Shown here in pieces: positions 13,757 through 25,528 of a stretch of 64,000 bases of DNA (positions are counted from its first letter, which is position 1; each line of letters opens with the position of its first letter). Below the pieces are notes generated by a model that saw nothing but the letters and a program-made list of their open reading frames with translations, did not search any database and was not told where the DNA came from. The DNA comes from Basidioascus undulatus (Eukaryota): assembly GCA_000826855.1 (NCBI GenBank), contig JTLS01000002.1:1-64000 (forward strand), in the 5' to 3' direction. The position numbers and the translations under genes were made by a program.

Positions 13757-14125
13757 GATGTGTCGGTATGAGGCCAAGTGAGCGCGAAGTTGCGCAGGCG
13801 AGAAGGAAAGCGAGCGCAATGATGAGCGGAGAAGACGAAGCGAGCGCCTGCCAGATTCGGCTGCGTGCCAGCATTGTCAAGCAATCTCCTTCGGTGTGGT
13901 CTTTGGAGCTTCCAACGTTCATGAGGCGCAGCCAACAGCCACAACCCATAGTTGGATATATATTTATAATACATGCGGTTGTGCGCCGCATGCATGACAA
14001 GAGGAAATCACGCTGCAGTGGGCAGTCGGGGAAGGCAGCGACTTGGGCTTGTAAGGGTATCAGGTCCTTCACATAGCTTTCCTTTCCGACTCAAGGCCCC
14101 TGAGAAGACCCCATGTACAGATCCA

Positions 14126-16442
14126 TCAACCCAGCGCGACATTCACAGCCTGGGCCCAAACCACCCCACCCCACCCGACGACCCAAGCGCCCACGACCCA
14201 GTTCCCGTTGACCTCCCACTCCCTCACCGCGGCACCGACCACGCGCTCCAGAGCAGCTTCCCCTCCCCAGATGCGGAGCGCCGCGGCCCACCCAGCTGGA
14301 CTGAGTAGCGCGAGGTATACCGCAGCGGCCAGGGCACGGAGCGGAAGTGCGGAGGGGGGCGGGAGGTGGAAGGGAAGGGAGAGGAGGGCGAGTGCGAGGG
14401 CAAAGGGGAAGTTGAGGAGGGAGAGGAGGGAGGCGGAGAGGCCGAGGGAGAGGAGGATGAGGGGGGAGAGGGATGGGGGTTGGCGTGGGCGTATGGGGCG
14501 AGGGAGGAGTGCTAGGACGAGGGGAAGAGCGAGGATAGACAGGGCGGGGAGGAGAGCGGCCTGGTCGGAGGAGAAGGGACACTGTGAGTAAAAGCCAGAT
14601 GAGAAATGCGAAGTGGGAAAAACGAACCTCTACACCGTTCCGCCTGAGCGTCTCCCACACACCGCCCCAAACAGCCCAACCAAGCACGATCGCCCCGACC
14701 GCACTGCCCAGCGCCCGACCTCCCGACCTCTTCGCCCTCTCTACCCAGCCCTGGATCCCGCCGAGCGTGGCCGCGACGCCCCCGAGGACGGCGACGGGGA
14801 GATAGTGCCCGACCTTGAGGAGGCGGTACGGGCCGGCGAGGAGGTAGAAGAAGACGGACGAGTGCAGGCGCTCGAGGAGGTTGTTGAACGTGCGCAGGTA
14901 CGACTCGAGCGTCCGGCCGAGCGTGAGGAAGCCGTGCGGGCCTGGGGCGGGGATGGCGTGCAGCGTGAGGGCGTCGATGCGGTAGCTGCGCGTGATATTT
15001 TGCGGAGTTGTCAGCTCGCGCCATCGCCGTGACATCCTCAGCGTGAACGCACAGATGCGAAGGCCCATGGACACCGCTCGCCATGCCCACAGCCCCAAAA
15101 GCGATGTTCTCCGCGAGCGTCCGCGCAGCGAGCTCGTACTCCTTGACCTCCCTGGCGTTAATCATTTCCTTCGCCCACGGAGGTACCCAGCCCGGTAGCG
15201 CCCAGTCGCTGCGCAGCTCCGGGCGGACGCCGCGCACGGCGCTGGGGATTCCGCCCGTGTAACGCGCGATGTGCGTGAGGGAGGAGAGCATGTCCGCGTT
15301 GGGGAGGTGTGCGTTCGGGCCCTCGTAGAAGAGGCCGAGGTGCGAGAACGAGTCGGATGGGTAGGAGAGCGAGAAGGACGTCCAGATGTTGTTCTTGGGG
15401 AGGAAGGACAGGCGGGTGGTGTTCAGATCTGAGGCGGGCATGGTAGTCAGCGCGGTAGTAGAAAAGAAGATGGTAGTGGCAAGGGAGCAACTAACTGGGA
15501 GGAACCTCCGCGTGGTACGCGGCGAGGAAGGCCGAGAGACCCTCAGACTGCCCATCGGAGATGACAAAGAGAAGGTCCTTGGCCCAGAGAGAGTACTCTT
15601 CACGACACAGCATGAGTGTCTTCCCCCTCATCGCCTAGCCAAGACGCAGCACGCACTTTTCAGATAACCAGCCAGACTGAGCAGCATCGCGACGCCCCTG
15701 ACGTTCGCCATGCCCCCGTGCCCATCCTCAGCCAGATTCCAGCTCTCCTGGGCATACTGCAGCGCGTCCTCGCCCAGGAGGGACGACCAAGGCGCGTGGA
15801 GGAGGATCGTCTCGGACGCGGACGAGCGCGGCGCGGCGAGATGTGCATAGGCGACCTTGCCGGAGAGGGAAGGGGTCGAGGCGGAGGGGAGGAGGGTATA
15901 GGTGTAGTTCTGGATGCCCGTGTTGTATCCCAGCTGGCTAAACTCGTTCTCGACCCAAGCTGCTCGGCTGAAAGAGAAGGGTCAGCTGCCGGGGGCTCGG
16001 GACAGGACCGAACAACGCACTCTGAGCTTGACCAGTTCCCGCTGAACCCCTCGCGGATGATGCGCGCGAATACGTCGGCTCGGTGCACATCACCGCCTCC
16101 ATAGTGCGCCGCTACGCCTCCTGGTTGGAGGGCGTTCTCGTCGATGTAGGTGTCCTGGCCGAGGAAGTTCGTGGGCAGGAGGATGAGCCAGACAAGAGAG
16201 GCGGCTATGGAGAGGAATCTGCTAGAGAATTACTCAGCACAACACCCTCCCATTTAGTTTAAATGAAGTGCACACCTCAGAGCTGGCAACGCTGTCGATA
16301 TCCTGTCCGTCAATTGCCGCCTCCGCAAGATCCTAGGCGCATACTCCGCAGAGAGCTTCTCGCTCGCGGTGAATGGACGACCATCCGGACGCGCTGTCGG
16401 CGTTTTCACGAATAAAGTAAACAGCTTTGATGCAAGCGCCAT
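14126..16442 (-). CDS. GAA1: GPI transamidase subunit Gaa1, multi-exon
   Basis: TYIDENALQPG; APRTSSSETILLHA; EGPNAHLPNADML; YRIDALTL; GRTLESYLRTFNNLLERLHSSVFFYLL; hydrophobic C-terminal segments. Confidence 0.93.
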
Positions 16443-16693
16443 CGCTGGCGCACAAAAATGATGTGAGTGAAGGTCAGAGTGCAAGCGAAGCAGGAGGGCC
16501 AGCTGGAGCTGAGCCCGGATGCAAATGGAGGGCTAGTAATTGCTGCTATTGAAAGGCTGCAACGCGTGTTAATCAAACATAACGCGCCGCAGCCGCGAAG
16601 TCGCGACTCCGCCCTCGACCTCGTTCGCAACTGCCGTGGTCGGGTTGGCTCCTTACCGCCATCTTCCTTAGCTAACAGCGTTAAACGGCCAGG

Positions 16694-19600
16694 ATGAGCA
16701 AGCGCAAGGTTCGCAGGTCTTTGTATTCTCCCCGCCCGCGAATCCAGTTCACAGTCGACGACGGTCCACAGAGAGTCTCAACCGGCCAGTCCCTGACGAC
16801 CTCGTATACCTCCAAGCGCCTTTGCGTCCCGTCGCCCACCTCCTGGATCGGGAATCCGGTCCGCTCACAGGAGGACATTACCCCGCACCACCTCCTTTGG
16901 ACGTACGGCCTCCTCCCCGAGTCGGGCGCACTGCTCTGCGCGATCAAGCACGCCGCCCGCGCCCCCGCCGCCAAGTCGCCCTCGCCAGAGAAGGCCAAGG
17001 CGGACGAGGCGGACAGCGATGCGCTGAGCATCGGGGAGGACGACAGCGTGGTGGCGGCTGGGAGGAAGTGTACGAAGAAGGGCTGCAAGGGGAACCCGCA
17101 TTGTTTGAATTGGATGGGCGTGGAAGAGTGGGACGCCAAGGGTGAGTGGACGTCGTTGGCTGGAGGGTGGTCGACTGGGCGTGGACAGGCTGACGTTTTG
17201 TTCTCTCAGACGCAATGTCCAAGTTCCAGACGCACTTCAAGTTGGGGCGCTCGCCGGTGGAGAACATGAGGGACGACGAGCTGCCCGTCGGACTGAAGGT
17301 GCGCTCCTTGAATCCATCCGCCTGCCCACATCCCCTTGACCCCTTGACCCAATCAACATCCACGCACAGAATTTGGGCGCTACCTGCTATGCGAATGCTG
17401 CGCTTCAAAGCTGGTTCAACACCCTGCCGTTCCGTTCCGGAGTCTACAGCTGCCTCCCGAGCCCGCCGCCAGGGAAGACTTCCGAGGCACGCCACCATTT
17501 CGTTCACTCACATGCAAGGATCGGGGCCTGACGGGGTATCAGGGGCTAAAGGAGACCTTCATCTACGCGCTGCAAACCATCTTTGCCGCGATGCAGGAGG
17601 GCCTGACCGCGGTCGTCGACCCCGAGCGGCTCGTCGACATCCTCAAGCTGCAGAAGGGCGAGCAGCAAGATGCTCAAGAGTTCGTCCCCCTCCTTCTTAC
17701 CCCTTGCACAGCGGACGTCTCTAACTCCCCGCCTCTACAGATTCTCCAAGCTCTTCCTCGACCTGATCGCGAAGGAGTTCAAGAAGCAGCAAGACCCCGA
17801 GCTGCGCACGCTCATTGACGACCTCGTGAGCCCCTATTCCCCGCCATTGGCAGTGCGATTACCTAAAGAATTGGACTTCATTCAGTTCGGCGGCAAGATG
17901 TCGTACGCGACGCGCTGCAAGCGGTGCAAGACCGTGTCTTCCAGGCGCGAGCCCTTCCTCGAGCTCGAGCTCAACCTCTCGCCGACGTGCACGCTACAGG
18001 AGGCGATCGAGCGCCTGCTGGAGCGCGAGGTTCTGGACGGCGACAACAAGTGGGTGCTTCTGGTGATGTGTCCTTCTCGGGGGCAGGTTCTGATACTTGT
18101 CTTGCAGGTACTCCTGCGCACACTGTGACAGCCTCCAGCCCGCCGAGCGATACCTGGAGCTCGACCAACTCCCCCCTTTCCTGTGCACTTTACCCCTCCA
18201 CCTTTAGCTCGCTCAGCCGCTCACTAAACTTGACCCCCTCCCCTTTCGCCAGCCACTTCTCCCTCCTCCGCTTCGTCTTCGACATGCAAACGCTCTCGCG
18301 CAAGAAATCAAAAGCGTCGATCCGCTTCCCGCAAACGATCGACATGGCGCCGTTCCTGCCCGACGCCGAGCGCGCCAAGCTCGGAGGCCGCCCGCTCGTC
18401 TACGAGCTGCGCAGCGTGCTCCTCCACCAGGGCGCGTCGGCGTACTCGGGGCACTACGTCTGCCACGCGTGGGACCCGCTCAAGAACAAGTGGTTCAAGT
18501 GCGTCAACTCCTTTGGATTCCCTTGGAGCAGAGGATGCTGAGAGGGGATGGGATGGTAGGATGGACGACGAGTACGTCGAGACGTACGACCCCTGGAAGA
18601 AGGAGAAGAAGACGCCCGCGTCAACGAAGGCGAAGGTCAAGATGTCAGCGAAGGGCAAGGCAGGCAGAGGCTCGGTCATGGCGGTCGTTTCGGAGGACGA
18701 GACCCCGTCCGTTTCCGCCTTGTCCACTTCAACGCCCGTAATGATCTACTGACGAAACATCATCCGTGCGCAGGACCCCTTCGAAGAGCCAGACCACGGC
18801 CTCGAAGAAGACTAAGGGAAAGGGCAAGGCAAAGGAGACCATAGACCTCGCAAGCGACTCAGACAGCTTCGACACGTTCATTCCTCCGTGAGTGTTCTGG
18901 ACGCTGCCCCCGAGTCCCGGTGCTGCCTGGTTTTGCTCATGGTAACTGGAGATGACAGCCCACTCAAAAGCAAGAAGAAGACATTGCAAGCTGAGACCGA
19001 CGACGAGGACGAATCGCGGTACGTCTTGCGGCCTCACAACGAACCTTGCCGTGTGCTACGCGACTGACCAGAAACAACTATTCGAGCATGCAGCACCATT
19101 TCTAGCAAAGACGCCTACCTTCTCCTCTACGCCCGCCGCGACACCGACACGACCACGCCCTCCTCGCGCCCCGCCCCAGTCCCCAACGGCGGAGGCAGCA
19201 GCAGCAGCAAGCCCTCTCCCTCCCGCGCTTCCGCCTCTCCCTCCGCGCCGACGAAGTACGACCTCACGCCGCCGCCGGCGGTCGGTGCCGAGGTGGAGCG
19301 CCTCGCGGCGGCGCACAACGACGCGTGCGCAGACTTCGACAAGCGCGAGAAGGAGCTCGTCGAGCGCTTTGAGCGCTTGCGCGAGGAGAAGAAAGGCGTT
19401 TGGCGGGAGTGGGCGGTCAGGGACTTTGAGGAGGTGCGTGGGTTGCACGTTAGGCTTCTGCGGGAGATAGAGGAAGTTCGGGCGCTAATGCTTCTTGGCC
19501 CTTTTCTGGCCGGACAGGAGTCGTACCTCGTTAGCAGGAAGGCGTTGGAAGGCTGGGTGGGCGAGGAGCTCGTCGATCCGAAGAAGTTCAAGGCGAAGAA

Positions 19601-22236
19601 GGACAAGGAGAAGAAGGAGACGGACAAGAAGGAGAAGGACACGTCCATGTCGACCAGCCCTGGCCTGAACAGTCGCGCGGGCACCGCCTCGCAATCGGCG
19701 ACGCCTGCGCCGCCCACCGGCCCTGCCGAGGAGGAGCACGAGAACGAGCACGAGCAGGACGTCAAGCCCTCGGACGACGCCGTGGAGGATCCCGGTCCAG
19801 CCGAGGAGCCGCGCGACCGCGTACTCAGCAATGCCGACGTGCTATGCCCGCATGGGAAGGCGAGTCCGGCACGGACGGGCGAGATGAAGCGCATCTCGAA
19901 GGTGCGTGCTTGGATAGCATCAGGCTCAAAGCGAGCACATGGGGGAGACTGACGGTGTGTGGGTCGGAGGGAAACAGACTGCGCATGACCGTATCGTCGA
20001 GATGAGGTACCGGTTCCAGCCTGATCTGTCGACGTCTGAGGGGCTGTGTCGGGAGTGCGTGGAGGGCATCTTTCATGGTGCGTCCAGGTGGATCCAAAGA
20101 CCTGTCCCGAAGGGCGACACTGATGAGCCTCCTGATCCACAGACAAACTCTACGGTGCGTCGATGCTAGATCCCTGTGCTCAACGTTCACGCCAGTTACT
20201 TATGTGGCAGAAGAAACAGAGAACGAGCATGCCGAGCACGTCGAGCGCTTCAAGGAGATACAATCCGACCTCGGCGAGGACATGGACGACTGGCTCATCT
20301 CGAAGGCGTGGCTGCAAGGTGGGTTTGCATTCGACGGCGCATTGCTGTGCGCTGGACATTGGGACTGACGCAGCGTCGCTTGGCTCGGTAGACTGGAAGC
20401 GGGCGACGCCGAAGATGCATACGCCCCACACAATTGTCGATCCTCCACCCAACTCGGACGAATACTCCTCGGATGTCTACTGTCAACACGGCGGACGGAC
20501 GCTCGAGAATATCCGTCACGTCGAGATCTCCACGACGGTGCGTTCCCCTCCGTGTCATGTCCCGAATGAAAAGGCTGTGTCTTACGAAGAGTGTTTCGCC
20601 TTGACAGGCGTACACCTATCTGCGCGGCATCTTCCCGGACTGGGAGTCCCTGAGCGCCGCGACGGACCCCTGCGAGCTGTGCCGCGAGCATGACGCGCGG
20701 CAGAAGGTCGACCGGGCCGAGGACAAGCAGCGCGCGGACAAGGAGAGGGTACGTTGGCGAAGCCATCAGTGGCGAAGCTTCGTGTGCTGAGGCTGACGTT
20801 ACCTCTTGACCAGACCAAGTTCGGCCGCCCTCTGCTGCAGCAGCTTGACATCAAGAACCGAGTCCTTTGTATGCGAAGCTTCCGGTCGCTGCCCCCCTTG
20901 GGCTGCACTGACGCTCGGGGCGTTCGGGTGCAGACGACGACATTCCCGCGGCGCTCCTGAACGAAGACTTCGTGCTCGCATGGAAAGCATACGCCCTCGA
21001 CCCGTACGGCGTCGAGCGCCCATCTATGTGCGACAACACGATTTTCCTGTGCGAGGTGCGTCCACGAGCTTCGTCCTTTGTTTCAGAGATAGCTTAAACT
21101 CTGTCGTCATTCAGCACAACAAGCTCATCGTCGACCCGGCGCGGGCCGCCGATCTCAAGAACAAGGCCAACCGGATTGTTGTCGTCCCTCAACAGATTTT
21201 CGAGAACATCAAGACCGAGTGTGTCCATTCCCATGTCCCCTGCTGACGTTCTTCAACTGACGATTCGTCCGAGCGTATGCAGGTACCTCGTCCAGCCCGA
21301 GATCGTCGTCACGCGCTTCACGTCCTTCTCTCAAGAGTCGAGCGCACGGGCCGGCATCGACTGTGGCAGCTACGAGGTGTGCGACGACTGTCGGCACGCG
21401 CGGCAGAGCGCGTTCGACGAGTGCAAGGTCCTCGTCTCGCTCCTTGACCCTATCGACCCTCCGCCGACGTCCCCCGCGCACGCGAACGGCCGCGCGAAGG
21501 GCAGGGAAAGTGGGGCTGGTCGGACCTCGCCCGTCGCGGACGGCGGCGCCGACTCGGAGGTCGAGATCGTCGACGGTCCTGCGACCAGCACTAAACGCAA
21601 GAAGATCCCGCAGACCTACAGCAAGGGCTCGCGCAAGTCCAAACGCATTCGGACGACCAAGGAGTCGAAGCGCAAGACGGTCCAGCTCGTCGTCACCAAG
21701 GCCGACACCGTCAAGGACATCAAGATGAAGGTTGGCTCGTTCACTACTCGTGATTTCTGAGGCAAGGACGCTGACGAGCGGGCTCTACTGAGCAGATTGA
21801 CGAGGAGCTCGACGTTCCGACCATCTATCAACGGCTCTTCCTCAACGGCCGCGAGCTGGAGGACAATTCGGCGACGGTCGACTCGCTGGGCGTTCTTCCG
21901 CTCGACACATTCGAGGTCCTCCCGCTCGAGCCGCCCGAGGACGAAGCCGCATTCGGCTCGGACGTCGAGGTCGACGACGAGGGCCATCCGAAGCGCGGCG
22001 GTGGAGAGGGGTCGGCATTTCGCGGATCGTTGCTGCACGATTACGAGGCTGCCATCGCCGCTTCGCTGCAGGACTCCGATTCGCCCGAGCGCGGGCGCTC
22101 GTCGAGCAATCCTGCGCCGCCGTCGAATGGCGCGGACGCGGACGCGAATGGCGAGGAGGTTGCGTGCGCGTCGTGCACGTACCTGAACAACCCCGCGCGC
22201 ACCATCTGCGAAATGTGCCAATCGCCGCTGCGGTGA
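16694..22236 (+). CDS. Ubiquitin-specific protease, USP48-like (USP domain, DUSP-like repeats, Ubl, UIM, NZF finger)
   Basis: CKGNPHCLNWMG; Cys box GLK|NLGATCYAN; QQDAQEF; LLRFVFD; His box LLHQGASAYSGHY; SKDAYLLLYAR; WLISKAWL; Ubl DTVKDIKMK...QRLFLNGRELED; terminal CASCTYLN...CEMC. Confidence 0.92.
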
Positions 22237-22371
22237 CGGCTTTCTGCATCGAGCACCTTCTCCTCAATCTCTTCGCCATTTTCTCCATTCTCCGTTCGCC
22301 TTTCGCATACCATACTTTATTGCATAATACTCCACGATAGCATTGACGTTACGCCGCACGCATCTGATGAC

Positions 22372-22407
22372 TTCTGTTCCGAATTCTGTTCCGCATTCTC
22401 TTCCGCA
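22372..22407. repeat. Imperfect 12-bp tandem repeat, three copies, intergenic
   Basis: TTCTGTTCCGAA / TTCTGTTCCGCA / TTCTCTTCCGCA. Confidence 0.85.
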
Positions 22408-22744
22408 AGTTACCTAGACTCACATTCACTCTCATTTGCACACTGCATTCTTTCGGCTGCACACTTGAGACTGCGTTCCAGGCTTTGCGTGCAACGCACA
22501 CAGATCGTTTAATGCCTGCGATTGCAACGTTGATCACGCAGCAGAGCACGGCCGTCAGTCCCCGTACATGTCAACGTCGTCCTCCCCCCGCTCCTCAACG
22601 TCGCTGTCTCCAGCCCCCACGCTCGAAGAATCGGATCCCTCACAAGGCTCTGAACCGTCCGCCAAGATATACACATGCTTGTCGAGGTAGATGTGCAAGT
22701 AGAAGCGCGCTCGAAACGCGGAAAGCAAAGCCAATGGCGTGCTC

Positions 22745-23700
22745 TTACGGTCTATTCTCGAGGGTTGTCAGCGGCGCATGCGTGATACTGAGCAACAATC
22801 GTACTTTGAGTAGCGTCCGCGGTCTTCAAGGATGAGATGTTCCCATGTCTTCGCTGGAGTATAATTGAAGAGACGCGACGGCGGCGCAGGCGAGCTGCGG
22901 AGGCTGCCATGCTCGGGTGGCTATGAGCGTCCATAGGCTATGGAGTGGAGGAATGGCAACTCACACTTGTCGAGCGAGCGCAAGACGTCACCTGTGGTCA
23001 CGCCGTCCTGGTTCGTGACCTGCGCGGAGGGGTACGTCGTTAGATACGCGCGTAACGTAGGCAGGTGAGAGCGCACGTCCAAAAAGCAGTCGCACATCCC
23101 AAGGTATTCGGTGCGGGCGCCGTAACACAGAATGTCGACGCGAACCGAAGCGATAGGCGGCGTCGTGAGGAACTCGCATTGCAGCGCGTGGTGCTGTACC
23201 AGTCCCAGCCCTTGATCGAGGACGCCTTGAAGACGTCGGTAAGGAGAGCATTCGTGCATCGAGCAGGTGGGGGTTGTGCTGGATTAGGGGGATGGCTCAG
23301 CAGCATTTGCCGCCTAAAGATGGTGCCTGAGCTGCAACTCATGAGCTGGTTTGCAGATCAATGGTATTGGTTACGCAGGACGCACCGTCAAAGATATACG
23401 GCTCATGCCCCATGCTCCACGTCAAGCGAGGCCAGGTTGCTCCCTCGCCCTTCGCGCAGGCCCAGCCGAAGAGCCGCGCGGAAAGTCCACTCGTTGACCT
23501 CCTTCGGTTCGAAAAGATTGCGTACCGGGCGTCCTACGCAGACCGAGCGGCAGGCCTCCGCCGGATGGTCGCGTTCTGCCTGGTTTCGAGCTGAAGAAGC
23601 GCACGGCACGGCTGGTGTTGAACAGCGCGAAAACAGATGACTTCGGTGAGTAGGCCACGATCGACAGAAAGATTTCAGACGGCAGATCAGTGATGGACAT
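22745..23700 (-). CDS. F-box-like protein; exon structure uncertain, possibly disrupted
   Basis: N-terminal MSITDLPSEIFLSIVAY (F-box LP-E motif). Downstream HHALQCEFLTTPPIASVRVDIL and VTNQDGVTTGDVLRSLD resemble fungal F-box C-terminal motifs. Confidence 0.55.
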
Positions 23701-23848
23701 GGCGGCAGCAGGAGAGTTGGAAGTCGTGGTCGGAGGGCAAGCGCCGGACGCGTCTGCTTCTGCATCCGAGCCTCCGAGGTCAAACGAGAAGACCGGCCGG
23801 GCACACTCTCCTTCTCACCATCATCCTCCCGCACCCACGCTTTACTCG

Positions 23849-24797
23849 ATGAGTAGCCGACTCGCAGCAACATTTCGCAAGGCGCAAGCCGCCACTCCTC
23901 CTGCGACTCCCACCAATTCTTCCCCGACTCGGGGGAACAAGGCGTCGCCAAAGCCCTCGCCCCAGCAACACCAGTCCGCCGAGCAGACGCATCATCGGCG
24001 CATGCGCACGCTCCTGCTAGAGTTCCGCAAGCTTCGGATACAATGGGATGTCATGGTTCTCGAAGATGGGTTGGCGCTGGCTACCGGGATGGCAAACGCT
24101 CGGACGGAAATCGAGTGAGTTTGCACAACGGTTCCTCCGCGGTCGCTCCCAAGCGCAACTGACTCTGGTTAATCCGTACAGCAATGCCTACGAGAGGGAC
24201 GGAGACTTGGATCAGGAGGAGGAACGTATGAGGGAGCACGTCGTGGGACGCAGGTTGATGCGATTGGAGAAGCTCAGGGCGAGCCTTGACGACCTCCTCG
24301 GTCAACTGGTAGGTCACTTTGCCCTAATCTTGCTCTGCGTTACTGAAGTTGCTTTCCAGGGCAAGCTTCTGGGAAAGATGAGCGTTCTTGTGGACCAGTC
24401 GGAGGCGCTGGTAACCGAGCTGGCGTCTTCGCGAGGTCCAGGGGCCGCCTTCACGTCTCCGCTGTGGCATACCTGGACACTTGGCGATTTCCGTACGCCT
24501 TTCGCTCGGTCGCTCAACATCTACTCCTGCTCACTTTCCCACATTATAGACGACGCGCTCTCAGTGCAGCACGCTCTGCACGCGCGCTCACTGCCGCATC
24601 TTCGGCATCTCGCTTCCATCATCGCGTCTCACGCAACGAATTGTGGCGAGGCGGAGGCAGCTCTGAGCTACTGGGTATGCAGGTCCGATGTAGTCGTCTT
24701 TGGGTCGAAGGGTGGATGGGGTGGCGATGCGGCTGGGCTTGAGGAAGTCTGCAAGGTAGAGGTCGCGCGGTGGACCGAATTGACAAAGGATTCTTGA
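23849..24797 (+). CDS. Hypothetical helical protein, multi-exon
   Basis: MSSRLAATFRKAQ...HHRRMRTLLLEFRKLRIQWDVMVLEDGLALATGMANARTEIE, then intron-bounded exons to ...LEEVCKVEVARWTELTKDS*. No function recognised. Confidence 0.65.
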
Positions 24798-25528
24798 TGC
24801 GCTCATCCTCATTCGGCGTGAATGCTTGGACTTTTCGCCTCAAGTACGCTCATTTTCATCGAAGCGCGATACAGGATGACATCGCTTGCCCTTGTTGGGT
24901 GAGGCCGCCGTCGATCGCCAGCCTTCACGGGGCATCATTGCAGGTTTGGCTTAAGCTGCAAGGATAGAAGAGGTTTTTATAGGAAATGGCGATACCGTGA
25001 GTATCTGTACATGTATTGAGGGGCCTCTTTTTCAGGCACTGCCGTCTTCCTCCCTCCACGGAAGGCGACCGTTCCCGTGTTCACCATTTATTTTCTCTCT
25101 CGTCATGCGCAGCTTTCAGTGTCTCGGTTCTTGATATTCTTGCTGAGCGGGTCGTTGCACAAGCAGATTTGGCAGCACGCGATTCGAGAGCGAATTCCTC
25201 GCAATGCAGGCTGTACTGAACTTTCTTGTCGTTATCGACGCAGTGACTTGGTCGGACTCGTGCGAGAGGACTCCTCGGATCATCGCTGATGACTGCAGCG
25301 GGCGTCACATCCATCTACGCAGGCCACTTATTGACGATGGAAAAGTCTTTGCGGTAAATTCTCCCGTGTTCCGTCTCGCTTCTACGGTCTCGCTTGTACA
25401 ATGTCTGGTTCCGGTGACGCTAGCATTTGTCTCTGGGTCGCCCTCGCCCCCTCGGCTGTCTGTTAATCATGAAGCTCCTTGAGCAATTTCTTAGTTTTTG
25501 CAGTTCTCTCACTCCCTCTCTCCCCGCC

